From the NCBI GenBank assembly GCA_002331495.1, contig DCYR01000006.1, positions 1-49,620 of the forward strand: a DNA stretch of 49,620 bases, in the 5' to 3' direction. Shown in pieces: positions 37,070-46,105 of the stretch; positions within the stretch are counted from its first letter, which is position 1; each line of letters starts with the position of its first letter. The translations under genes and the position numbers were made by a program. Source of the DNA: Patescibacteria group bacterium UBA2105 (lineage in GTDB: Bacteria > Patescibacteriota > Minisyncoccia > Phycocordibacterales > UBA2100). The notes below the pieces were generated by a model. That model was not told the origin of the DNA, did no database searches, and saw nothing but the letters and a program-made list of their open reading frames with translations.

Positions 37070-37150
37070 ACGTTAAAGCCAAGAACAAACACCCGATCGT
37101 GCCGAAATGAGGTGCTTTTGGGTGGGCCGCCACTGCGGTTGCTTTGACGT
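37070..37150 (+). ncRNA. Candidate structured small RNA (three-way junction), family unknown
   Basis: Stems ACGTTAAAGC/GCTTTGACGT, CACCCGA/TTGGGTG and GGCCGC/GCGGTT, with several G-U pairs. Confidence 0.5.
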
Positions 37151-37213
37151 ACGGGCATCACAAAAGATGAGCCTAAATTTTTGTTCGCTATCCACATTAC
37201 ATTTTGTATTTCG

Positions 37214-37241
37214 TTGCCCACTTGGCACAGCGATATATAAT
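37214..37241 (+). promoter_or_regulatory. Sigma70-type promoter, probably for the S-layer-like gene
   Basis: TTGCCC-16 nt-TATAAT. Confidence 0.55.
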
Positions 37242-37247
37242 GGTGGA

Positions 37248-37771
37248 TGAGCTTGTGCCGTTTTGTATACGGCTCGAGTAGTGTTCATTGACAACCTAAT
37301 ATTTGGAAAGTTGTCTACGTAAACCGTAAGCATAGACGGGGCCACTCGTCTGAGTTTACTGGATACATACTGAAACAGAAGCACAGTTCTACCACGTCCG
37401 AACGACAGCACATCAGTCCTACATTCGTTAGCTAACTTGCACACATCACCGAGTCGAAATCATGGTGATGGCAAGATGGCGTTTATAAAGTTCGTCGGGG
37501 GAGATATTTTAGTGACACATTACACATCTATTAGTAGTAATCGTTGCTCATAATATTATCAACCTGACATTTCGCCCGAAACCTAATATTTGGTAGCGGG
37601 TAACCAAAGCGTGGAGTTCGTTTGGTCGAACAGGCGAATTGCACGGCTATGAGAGTCTCCGGGCATCGATATAGATACCGGGGAGGTCCCCGGTAGTAGC
37701 CGAGGACTCACGTAGTTACTAAGGTCTATAAGCTGTAACGTCTTATAGACGTTACAATTAATTAAACAATT
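37248..37771 (+). ncRNA. Candidate ~520-nt structured leader or large ncRNA
   Basis: At least six hairpins visible by eye; 14-nt direct repeat AACCTAATATTTGG at 37293 and 37580; no credible + strand ORF. Confidence 0.55.
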
Positions 37772-40700
37772 ATGAGTATTGCATTAACAACACACAAAGC
37801 TGCGGCAGCAGCAGTTGGTGTTGCGATGGTCTTCTCATTTGCTTTTGTCACACCGGCACAAGCACAAACTGTAGAAGAACTCACAGCACAAATTAACTCG
37901 CTGCTCGCAACTATTGCATCATTGCAGGCACAGCTTGCAGGGATGACAGGTGGTGCAACAACTGGAGGTACATACAACTTCACTCTTAACCACAAAATGG
38001 GAGATCAGGGTGGAGAAGTTATGGACATTCAGAAGTTCCTCAACGCAAATGGATTCCCAGTTGCGTCATCAGGAGCAGGTTCACCTGGAAATGAGACTTC
38101 ATACTTCGGCAGCCGAACCAAGGCAGCTGTAATGGCATGGCAAAATGCCAACGCAGCTCAGGTTCTTGCACCAGTTGGACTTTCAGCTGGTACCGGTTAT
38201 TGGGGTCCAAGCTCACGCGCGTACGCTAACTCGATGGGAGGCGGCACAACTGGCGGCACAACCGTTCCAACAGGAACAGGATTGGTAGTCGCAGCAGCTG
38301 CACAGCCAGCCAACTCACTTGCTCCGTACAACGCGACACTTGTACCGTTCACAAAATTCACTGTTACCAACAACAGCGGAACGGCACAAACTGTTAACAG
38401 TGTTACTGTTGAGCGCGCAGGTCTTGCAGCAAACACTAACTTTACCGGCGTAGTTCTTCTCGACGAGAGTGGACAGCAGCTTGGTATTGCACGAGTTCTT
38501 AACTCAAACAATCAAGCTAACGTGGGTGAAGCGGTAACAATCCAACCAGGACAGACTCGCACCTTTACCGTGGCAGCCAACATGGAAGCTGCCGCTACGG
38601 TAAGCGCAGGTCAGATTGCTGCGTTCTCAGTTATTGCTATCAACACGTCAGCAACTGTAAGTGGTTCACTTCCAATTACAGGAGCATCACACACGGTCAA
38701 CGCTACACTTGCGATCGGTACAGCTACCGTAGCTCGTGGGCCACTTGACCCCGGAGCTGACAAAACGAAGGAGGTTGGTACAACCGGCTATACATTCTCT
38801 TCATTGAAAGTAACGGCAGGATCTGCAGAGCAGATTCGCGTTCGTTCTATTCGATGGAACCAGAGTGGTTCAGCCGCTTCAAGCGACCTCTCAAACGTAG
38901 TCGTTGTCGTTGATGGTACAGAGTACCCAACAACAGTTTCAGCAGACGGTAAGTACTACACGGCTGTATTTGGTTCCGGTATCGTGATAGCGAAGGGGAA
39001 CACAAAGGAAATCTCAATCAAGGGTAATATTGTCGGTGGTTCAAGCCGCACAGTCACCTTTGACATCTGGGAGGAGACCGACATCTACATCACCGGTGAA
39101 ACCTACGGGTACGGTATAAAGGCAGATGACGGTGACACCACGACAGGTTCGGAGACAGAAGGTACCTACAATGACGAGATCACCCCAGCGTACCCAGCAT
39201 ACGACGTAACCATCTCGGCTGGTACAGTGAACGCCTTCTCGAAGAGCAACAAGGTGGCAGCGGGTAACGTTGCAGAGCAGGTAAACGACACAAACCTTGG
39301 TGCGTTCGAGCTTAGCCTTACTGGCGAGGGCATCACCGTGACAACAGTGAAGTTTGCTATCGACACAACCGAAGCTTCAGGTTCAGCCGTGGATGCGGAT
39401 GACGTGACCTTGCTTACACTTGTCGACCAAAACGGTACTGTTTTGGCTGGCCCAGTAGACGGTTCTGCAACCAACTACACGCCAACCAGCGGCACCGCTT
39501 CAGAGGGTTCGGTATCGTTTAGCGCGGTTGACTTCCCAGCAGGGGTAACCACCATTTACGTTAAAGGTAAGCTCGGGTCTGACTTCGACAGTAGCGACAC
39601 TATAACCATTCGTGCCAACCCAGCTGACTGGACGGGTGCGAAGGGAGTAACGACTGGTAATACAGTATCGCTCCCATCAGGTGAGGTTTCAGCAAACGTA
39701 CAGACTGTACAGGCTGCCAGCTTGACAGTAACCACGCTTCTCTCGCCTCCGGCTCAGAACGTGGTGAAGGGAGCTACCGATCACATTTGGTTCAAGGGTA
39801 ACCTTGACGCTGCAAACTCAGGTGAGGATGTACGCGTAACAGCTCTCGGTGTCAAAGACACTACGAGTTCTGGTGCAGTACCTGCAGACATCGACAGCTT
39901 CGAGATCTGGGCGAACCTCTCAGGTGGTTCAACCAACGACTCGGTTCGTGGTGATATCTACGAAACGTTGATTGCCTCAGGTGACAACTTCAGCACCACA
40001 ACAGTTGGTGGTGATGAGACCTTGAGCATTACACTCGACACCGTGCTTACAATCGCTCGCAACACAGCGGTTGAAATTGCAGGTATTGGTGATCTTGCGG
40101 GTGGCGCAACAGGTACTGCAGGTACCGACACGCACACGCTCGACATCGATTCTGTAACGGCAACAGGTGCGAACACGGGATCTTCGATCTCGATCACGCC
40201 TAGTGGCTCGGGTCAAGCTCAGACATTGCAGACAAGCGGTACCCTTACTATATCTGTCGACTCGTCATCACCATCAGCAGCACTGTTGCTCGATGACGGT
40301 ACTGAACAGACAGTAGGTGTATTTCGTCTCGCAGCTAACAACGTTGAGGACCTCGATGTTGATAGCATCAAGATCACCGATGACGGTGACGAGACCCAAG
40401 GTTCAGACGACGTTGTAAGCAGCTATGTCTTCTACAACGGAGCAACGAAGCTTGGCCAAGTTGCAAACAGCAACGGTACGGCTGAGATCTTCCTAAACGA
40501 TGGTACCCTTACCGTTCCTCGAAACGGCAATGTGCTCATAACTGTGAAAGCGGTTATGAACGACGTTGACGGCACGTCTGTAGTAAACGGCGATGCTGTT
40601 GAGGTTACAATCGCAGCGGCAGGAGATGTTGATACTACAGGTAAAGCATCTGGTGTTGCAGTAGACTCAACTGGTACGGCGTACGATGCTGCTACACACA

Positions 40701-41221
40701 CAGTGTACGAGGCATACCCAACAGTAGCCTTTGACAATAGCGGTATCAGCACAACGCTCGTTGGAAACGCCAACCACTTGCTTGCAAAGATCAAGCTCAC
40801 CAACGTAGGTAACAAGGATGTTACCTTCCAGAGTGGAGACTCTAACCTCTTCTCAATTCAGGTGACTGTAGTCGGTGACGACACAGATACCGGTAACGAG
40901 GTGATTACCTTGAAAGATTACGACGGCACAACGCTTGACACAGCAACTATCAACTCTGCGTCAGGTACATCACAGCTCGACTTCAACATGAGCAGTGTTG
41001 GTGCCGCGGTTGGTGCGACTATTCCTGCGGGTCAGAGCAGAACGTGGACCATTGTTGGTGACACGACTGACCTTGAGGACAATGGTGACACCATTCAAAT
41101 CTGGCTTGACGACGTAGCAGCCGATGTAACATTCGGAATCGATGGTTCCGGTGCTTACACCGAAGGAGACTTCATCCTCAAGGGTGATGTCTACGGCCCA
41201 GCACACGTCAACCCATCGTAG
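37772..41221 (+). CDS. Large secreted surface/S-layer-like protein with peptidoglycan-binding-like domain
   Basis: Signal peptide ending AQA; coiled coil TVEELTAQINSLL; PG-binding-like IQKFLN...YFGSRTKAAVMAWQ; T/S/G/D-rich beta repeats; no Cys; strong terminator. Confidence 0.88.
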   Translation: MSIALTTHKAAAAAVGVAMVFSFAFVTPAQAQTVEELTAQINSLLATIASLQAQLAGMTGGATTGGTYNFTLNHKMGDQGGEVMDIQKFLNANGFPVASSGAGSPGNETSYFGSRTKAAVMAWQNANAAQVLAPVGLSAGTGYWGPSSRAYANSMGGGTTGGTTVPTGTGLVVAAAAQPANSLAPYNATLVPFTKFTVTNNSGTAQTVNSVTVERAGLAANTNFTGVVLLDESGQQLGIARVLNSNNQANVGEAVTIQPGQTRTFTVAANMEAAATVSAGQIAAFSVIAINTSATVSGSLPITGASHTVNATLAIGTATVARGPLDPGADKTKEVGTTGYTFSSLKVTAGSAEQIRVRSIRWNQSGSAASSDLSNVVVVVDGTEYPTTVSADGKYYTAVFGSGIVIAKGNTKEISIKGNIVGGSSRTVTFDIWEETDIYITGETYGYGIKADDGDTTTGSETEGTYNDEITPAYPAYDVTISAGTVNAFSKSNKVAAGNVAEQVNDTNLGAFELSLTGEGITVTTVKFAIDTTEASGSAVDADDVTLLTLVDQNGTVLAGPVDGSATNYTPTSGTASEGSVSFSAVDFPAGVTTIYVKGKLGSDFDSSDTITIRANPADWTGAKGVTTGNTVSLPSGEVSANVQTVQAASLTVTTLLSPPAQNVVKGATDHIWFKGNLDAANSGEDVRVTALGVKDTTSSGAVPADIDSFEIWANLSGGSTNDSVRGDIYETLIASGDNFSTTTVGGDETLSITLDTVLTIARNTAVEIAGIGDLAGGATGTAGTDTHTLDIDSVTATGANTGSSISITPSGSGQAQTLQTSGTLTISVDSSSPSAALLLDDGTEQTVGVFRLAANNVEDLDVDSIKITDDGDETQGSDDVVSSYVFYNGATKLGQVANSNGTAEIFLNDGTLTVPRNGNVLITVKAVMNDVDGTSVVNGDAVEVTIAAAGDVDTTGKASGVAVDSTGTAYDAATHTVYEAYPTVAFDNSGISTTLVGNANHLLAKIKLTNVGNKDVTFQSGDSNLFSIQVTVVGDDTDTGNEVITLKDYDGTTLDTATINSASGTSQLDFNMSSVGAAVGATIPAGQSRTWTIVGDTTDLEDNGDTIQIWLDDVAADVTFGIDGSGAYTEGDFILKGDVYGPAHVNPS

Positions 41222-41279
41222 TCAGTTAGTCTCTGATTACACTCACGAACTACTATAGTTAGTGAGTAGGTAGGGAAAT

Positions 41280-41309
41280 AAGCCCCAAGCGCGTACGCGC
41301 TTGGGGCTT
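41280..41309. terminator. Strong intrinsic terminator
   Basis: AAGCCCCAAGCGCG-TA-CGCGCTTGGGGCTT. Confidence 0.85.
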
Positions 41310-41421
41310 TTCCCTTACCATTACATGCGTGCTGGAATCCCCCAACGCACCGGCCTTTAAAATTGAGAGATCCCTATGGATAAGGTAGTAATAATGCGCT
41401 ATGATATTCGTCACATAAGCA

Positions 41422-42033
41422 ATGTATATGACACAAAAAAATATAATAATAGCTGTCCTCATCTTGGTGTTTATAGGGGTCACGGTGTTGGTCCTAAATT
41501 ACCAACGCACGGTACCGGTAGTTGGTGGTGACAAAAGCGAGGAAGCTACCACGAGTTTAAAGGAGGATAATGCAACAACGACGGATACAGAAGTATCGGA
41601 TAGTGGAGAAGCCGCTAATGTCTCAGGTGGCTCCACTATAAACAAGAAAGGACCTTCACCCCTTCGGGTGAGTATTGAATATCCAGAGCTTGAGCCGATA
41701 GAGCTCGGCCCGCGGTTGAAGGCGGCGTTCCCAGGTGACGCATTGCGCTACTTTGCAGAGGCCATGCGAGGTGGAGACAGGGAACGAGCATTATCATACA
41801 TACATCCAAATGTTCGCGAACAATATAAAAAAGCACTCGAGGCCCAGTATGCCGATCGTCAACACCCGGTAGTCATAGCATATTATACGGGTACAGTAGG
41901 GGATGCAGAACTTACACAGCCGCAAAATGGAATTTATGAGATTACCGTGCAGCCAAAAGATACAGAACTACCGTTCCGAGCATACGCAATTTACGAGAGC
42001 GAAGCAGGAGAATTTGTACTCCTTGAGCTCTAG
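41422..42033 (+). CDS. Membrane-anchored protein with putative NTF2-like domain (paralog A)
   Basis: N-terminal TM, S/T-rich linker, PGDALRYFAEAMRGGDRERALSY motif shared with 42633-43145. Confidence 0.8.
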   Translation: MYMTQKNIIIAVLILVFIGVTVLVLNYQRTVPVVGGDKSEEATTSLKEDNATTTDTEVSDSGEAANVSGGSTINKKGPSPLRVSIEYPELEPIELGPRLKAAFPGDALRYFAEAMRGGDRERALSYIHPNVREQYKKALEAQYADRQHPVVIAYYTGTVGDAELTQPQNGIYEITVQPKDTELPFRAYAIYESEAGEFVLLEL

Positions 42034-42090
42034 GCTAGGAGCTACAAAGACGGTCACTGAAGAAGAAACACTAGGTTGAGAACAAAATGG

Positions 42091-42132
42091 AAAATAGAAA
42101 ACCTCCCAGTTAACTGGGAGGTTTTCTATTTT
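42091..42132. repeat. Perfect 42-bp palindrome containing the 24-bp core AACCTCCCAGTTAACTGGGAGGTT
   Basis: AAAATAGAAAACCTCCCAGTT|AACTGGGAGGTTTTCTATTTT; core at 42100-42123. Confidence 0.95.
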
Positions 42133-42554
42133 GACCCCGCCCTCCAGGACTCAATGTCTTTCCGTATTTGTTTACGCAGACGTTGTTGAGGGTTAAAACC
42201 AAAGGTTATAAGTGATTCCAATATTCCCAGGATGCTTTCTCTATACTCTCTTCGCTCAAGGGTGGCTGCTATTGCTGCATACTTTCCGCGGTCTAGATCG
42301 TTTGCGACTTTTGCAACGGTTGTGTCGCTGACGTGGAGTGCCTCAGATATCGCGTTATGAGAATACCCTCGTTGAATGAGAGCGATAATACCGACACGTT
42401 TTATAAAAACAACACGCTCGGCTGGGGTAAATAAATCGAAGATCAAATTCCGAGATTCTCGAGTGTTTTGTTGAGCGACAATCAGGGCACTGAGTTGCTT
42501 GATGAGTTCATTCTCAACTTTTTCAGGAAGTTGTCGTTTTGAGACGTTAACCAT
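42126..42554 (-). CDS. TrpR/YerC-like HTH protein
   Basis: DLFTPAERVVFIKR...GYSHNAISEALHVSDTTVAKV. Confidence 0.85.
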   Translation of the reverse strand: MVNVSKRQLPEKVENELIKQLSALIVAQQNTRESRNLIFDLFTPAERVVFIKRVGIIALIQRGYSHNAISEALHVSDTTVAKVANDLDRGKYAAIAATLERREYRESILGILESLITFGFNPQQRLRKQIRKDIESWRAGSK

Positions 42555-42571
42555 AATTCTAACAATATCAT

Positions 42572-42595
42572 AACCTCCCAGTTAACTGGGAGGTT
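42572..42595. repeat. Second identical 24-bp palindrome
   Basis: AACCTCCCAGTTAACTGGGAGGTT, 17 nt upstream of the TrpR-like start codon. Confidence 0.95.
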
Positions 42596-42632
42596 CGTGT
42601 TTAGGATATAGGATTTGTGGTAGTATTTTTGT

Positions 42633-43145
42633 ATGGATTTTGCGAAAGAGTTGTATAAAAAGTGGTGGGTAATAGTGATAGCGATTGTCATCGGTGGTTT
42701 GATTGGCTGGTTTGCATTTAATGAATATAAAACATGGCAGCTTAATAAGCTGTACAGAGAAGAAGTGCTCGAGCAAACGAAGGCACTAGCAGCTTGGAAG
42801 GCGGAAAGTGAGCGGTTGCGCAACTTATACAAAAAAGACACATATGGGGGCGAAACTCCCGAGGAGACACTCCAGCTATTCATCAGTGCGATGAAAGCAG
42901 AAGATTATGAACTAGCGAGTAAATACTATTTACCTGAACAGCAAGAAGATGTTTATGAAGAATTGGCTGGTATAGATGAGTTCAGTTTTTACTTGAAAAT
43001 ACTTGAAACGTACGACCAGGAAGGGGCATTGTTTCAGGATGGTGTGACCTATGAAATTGAATTCTTCAAGAACGGTGAGCAAAAACATCTTGAGCGCTTC
43101 AAGCTCAACGAATACACAGGAAAATGGAAGCTCGAAGATTACTGA
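42633..43145 (+). CDS. Membrane-anchored protein with putative NTF2-like domain (paralog B)
   Basis: N-terminal TM; DTYGGETPEETLQLFISAMKAEDYELASKY; C-terminal GKWKL. Confidence 0.85.
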   Translation: MDFAKELYKKWWVIVIAIVIGGLIGWFAFNEYKTWQLNKLYREEVLEQTKALAAWKAESERLRNLYKKDTYGGETPEETLQLFISAMKAEDYELASKYYLPEQQEDVYEELAGIDEFSFYLKILETYDQEGALFQDGVTYEIEFFKNGEQKHLERFKLNEYTGKWKLEDY

Positions 43146-44881
43146 TTCTAGTTACCATAATCACTGGATTTTTCGCAACTATACCTAGTTTGGCGGAGGC
43201 GTACGCAATAGAAACGCATGCAAATATTACTGCCGCGGTACTAGAAACATACCAACAAAAGTACGGTACCGAAACATTTGCACGTTCCGATGTACTCCAG
43301 ATTATTGACGGGAGTATTCGCGAAGATGATTCTATTAGATATCTCAATCATTTTTATGATCCAATTAATGAGCGGGGTTTGCGTGGAAGATTTTCAGACT
43401 TCGCTCCGCTAAACGGTCTGAAATTAACCACTTGGGCAACTGATATTTTAAAACAAGGCAATTATGGGTTTTCTTCCATACGTTCAAATGAACCACTGTT
43501 TAGCTCGGAAACAGATCTTACTTGGCAACGGGCTGTGTACGAATATGTACATGGTGACAGAAACTATGCTTTGAAGGCACTAGGTCATCAATTACACTTG
43601 GTGCAGGACGCCGCAGTACCCGCGCATACAAGAAATGATGCACATCCGCCGTGGGACCTCGGCGGTGATATGTATGAGAACTACACGAAAGATAAAAAAC
43701 CTGACACACTCGACGACTCGCAAAACATCCCTCGCATCACAGATATAGAAGATGCGATTAACAGCGTTGCTTTGTTCTCAAATACGAATTTTCTGAGCCG
43801 AGACTCTGGATTTAACGAATATGCACGACCTGCACAGAGTGAGTTGCGGTTCGAAGCTGATTTCGGGGTGCACAAGGAAAAAGGACATAAAGTGACTCGA
43901 GCGAGCAAAACATTCAACCGTAAAGCTAAACGGGAAACAATAGAATATTTCTTCGATGACAAAGATGGGGAAATTTCAAAAGATTACTGGCGTCTTCTCT
44001 CTCGAGAGGCAGTGCGCTATGGAGTTGCGGTTGTTGATTTATTTCTGAAAGAGGTGGAAAAAGAGCGTGCTACAGGAGCACTGCTTGCGATGAATAAAAG
44101 CTACAACGAGACGGAGAGTGTGATGAAAAAATTGGCAACTACGCGCGATTCGAAGTTGCAACTCACTTCGCTTGCAGCAGCTGACGTGTATGAACTTAAT
44201 AAAGACGAGCTCGATGGATACTTTGCAGCGGCAGAGATATATGGCATTCATGTACCGTCAACTGCGCGCAGGTCACCACTCAAAGACGACCAGCCCGCTA
44301 CTGCACTGCTTGGTTTTGAGAATCTCAAGAAGGCCGTTATCGGCGAGGCTATCCCTGCTGGAATGCCACCGCAGCGAAATAATGGCGAGAGAAGACAAGG
44401 AAATGATTTCTCTGAATTACTCAAAAAACTCAATCAAGCTGCTGCACTTCTTGCGCTGCTGCAAGAGAAAATCGATAGGCGAGAACGGGAGTGCATCGCC
44501 AATTCCGTACGAGGGCCATGGGACAATTTTTGGTGGAACGGTGATAAACCTGGGTGTGATGATCCGACACCAAAAATGCAAAAGATGTTTTGGGCTCCCA
44601 TACAAGGCATTGGAGGAGCAGGGGACGTACTGTCTTCAGGACCAGCGAGTGGTTCTATAAGTGCGGATCCGGAGTCCGGATTTTTTGGGTGGACTGACAT
44701 TTCGTGGACTTCGTCCGGCACGGACTCTTGCACAGTAACAGGAACTAACGGGAGTCTGTGGTCGGGTACGTCCGGTACGGAGAGTGTACTGCTGTCTTTT
44801 GACACAACGTTTACTCTACGCTGCGATGGAAGCGACTTGAGTAGTGTTTTTGCAGATGTTGATATCCCCGTGGCGTCTTAA
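43124..44881 (+). CDS. Secreted protein with Zn-dependent phospholipase C / P1-nuclease-like domain, coiled coil and C-terminal beta domain
   Basis: Signal peptide ending AEA; YAIETH, NHFYDP, LGHQLHLVQDAAVPAHTRNDAH and YE motifs. Confidence 0.8.
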   Translation: MEARRLLILVTIITGFFATIPSLAEAYAIETHANITAAVLETYQQKYGTETFARSDVLQIIDGSIREDDSIRYLNHFYDPINERGLRGRFSDFAPLNGLKLTTWATDILKQGNYGFSSIRSNEPLFSSETDLTWQRAVYEYVHGDRNYALKALGHQLHLVQDAAVPAHTRNDAHPPWDLGGDMYENYTKDKKPDTLDDSQNIPRITDIEDAINSVALFSNTNFLSRDSGFNEYARPAQSELRFEADFGVHKEKGHKVTRASKTFNRKAKRETIEYFFDDKDGEISKDYWRLLSREAVRYGVAVVDLFLKEVEKERATGALLAMNKSYNETESVMKKLATTRDSKLQLTSLAAADVYELNKDELDGYFAAAEIYGIHVPSTARRSPLKDDQPATALLGFENLKKAVIGEAIPAGMPPQRNNGERRQGNDFSELLKKLNQAAALLALLQEKIDRRERECIANSVRGPWDNFWWNGDKPGCDDPTPKMQKMFWAPIQGIGGAGDVLSSGPASGSISADPESGFFGWTDISWTSSGTDSCTVTGTNGSLWSGTSGTESVLLSFDTTFTLRCDGSDLSSVFADVDIPVAS

Positions 44882-45117
44882 ATGGGTTCGGATACTGTGT
44901 AAAATAAAGTGTACATGGGTAATACTTTCTTCAACTTTCTTTTTGGTTTTATTTTTATCCTCTCAATTAGCATGGGCGTGGTGTTGGCGGTGAACTATTA
45001 CGACGTGACTGCGGCAGATATGATGCAGGCAGCGGCAACGCTTCTTTTCTTTCAATAGAAATTTCAAGGTAACTGGAAATGTAGGTGTCGCAAACTAAAG
45101 CGGCATTTTTTGGTACA

Positions 45118-45684
45118 ATGAAGATGATGATTGAGCAGGTACCTTCTGCTTCTACTGGCGAAGGGAAGGAAACAACAGAGGAAAAAGTAGCAAGACTACG
45201 ACGGGAGCTACTTGAATCAGGCAAGGTGGCCGAGTTTATTGACCCGCTTCCCGTACACCTGCCCGTGGGAGTGGGGGAAACCGAAGACGTGGAAATCCAG
45301 TCTATTGACGCATATCTAAAGCGGCCGATAGTACGCATCGCACCCGGAGCTTTCGCGGATAATAATGAACGGAAGGAATGGCGCTACAGTCAGCGTGCAG
45401 ACAAGCGCTTGGTATTTGAAGACGATGCACTACGGCTAAACCCAATGAATGCGGCACTCGTGCGAGCTCAGTTGGAAATTGCGAATCTTCCTGACGGGAA
45501 AGAAAAGAACGAATTGCTCAAGGAGGCAGACGGTATAGTAAAAGAAATTCATGCCGCGTGGCGTGCAAGTGCTGAGTCAGGATACACGAAGGAGGACACA
45601 GATAAACAAATTGCACTTGTAGAGAAAAGTATCAAGCCATTTCTGGTGAAAATACGTACAAAGATGGTAGCGAAGAAAAATTAA
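45118..45684 (+). CDS. Hypothetical protein (start uncertain, 45085-45127)
   Basis: Charged, helical ORF; TGGTACAAT extended -10 near the start. Confidence 0.7.
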   Translation: MKMMIEQVPSASTGEGKETTEEKVARLRRELLESGKVAEFIDPLPVHLPVGVGETEDVEIQSIDAYLKRPIVRIAPGAFADNNERKEWRYSQRADKRLVFEDDALRLNPMNAALVRAQLEIANLPDGKEKNELLKEADGIVKEIHAAWRASAESGYTKEDTDKQIALVEKSIKPFLVKIRTKMVAKKN

Positions 45685-45740
45685 AACGCAGCCTGCTCCG
45701 TTCTGGAACTAGCCGCGTTCGTTGACGCCTCCCTGTTGAA

Positions 45741-45902
45741 CTACGCTGCCACTGTTATAAGCCAGTGGTCTACGTTGTCTACCCACTCCTCGATCTCAAT
45801 GTCGAGGTATGTGAGCTGTGCGAGAATAGGGGTGATGTCTGGGTAGACTTCCTTATTCGCGCGCAAGACGCGTCCCTGAAGTGATGAACGGGTGGCGTTC
45901 AT
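45741..45902 (-). CDS. Small hypothetical protein, 53 aa (below the ORF-track cutoff)
   Basis: MNATRSSLQG...HWLITVAA*; GAAAGGG SD-like; TTGACC-16 nt-TATAAT upstream on the minus strand. Confidence 0.45.
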   Translation of the reverse strand: MNATRSSLQGRVLRANKEVYPDITPILAQLTYLDIEIEEWVDNVDHWLITVAA

Positions 45903-46004
45903 GTTACGAGCCCTTTCTTCAGTTCAGGATTTGCATATTATAATACAGCTTACTGGTTGGTCAAGTCCCTTGCGGCAGCGAGGTTTTTTGGTATAGTCTC
46001 TGCC

Positions 46005-46079
46005 AACGAGCTGAAGACAGCGCGCTCTCGCAAGAGGTCAGACGTGCCGAGGTTGATTCTCTTCAATACAATGCTCGTT
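46005..46079 (+). promoter_or_regulatory. L10 leader (rplJ autoregulatory RNA)
   Basis: AACGAGC/GCTCGTT closing stem with GAAGACAG...GCCGAGG, matching the L10 leader pattern, directly upstream of rplJ. Confidence 0.75.
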
Positions 46080-46105
46080 ACTTTAAGAGCAATTTTGTAT
46101 TGCAT

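Noticed and set aside
37070-37771. Assignment to SRP RNA, RNase P, tmRNA, T-box or c-di-GMP riboswitch
   Set aside because: Diagnostic motifs not recognised by eye; left as unknown pending an Rfam search
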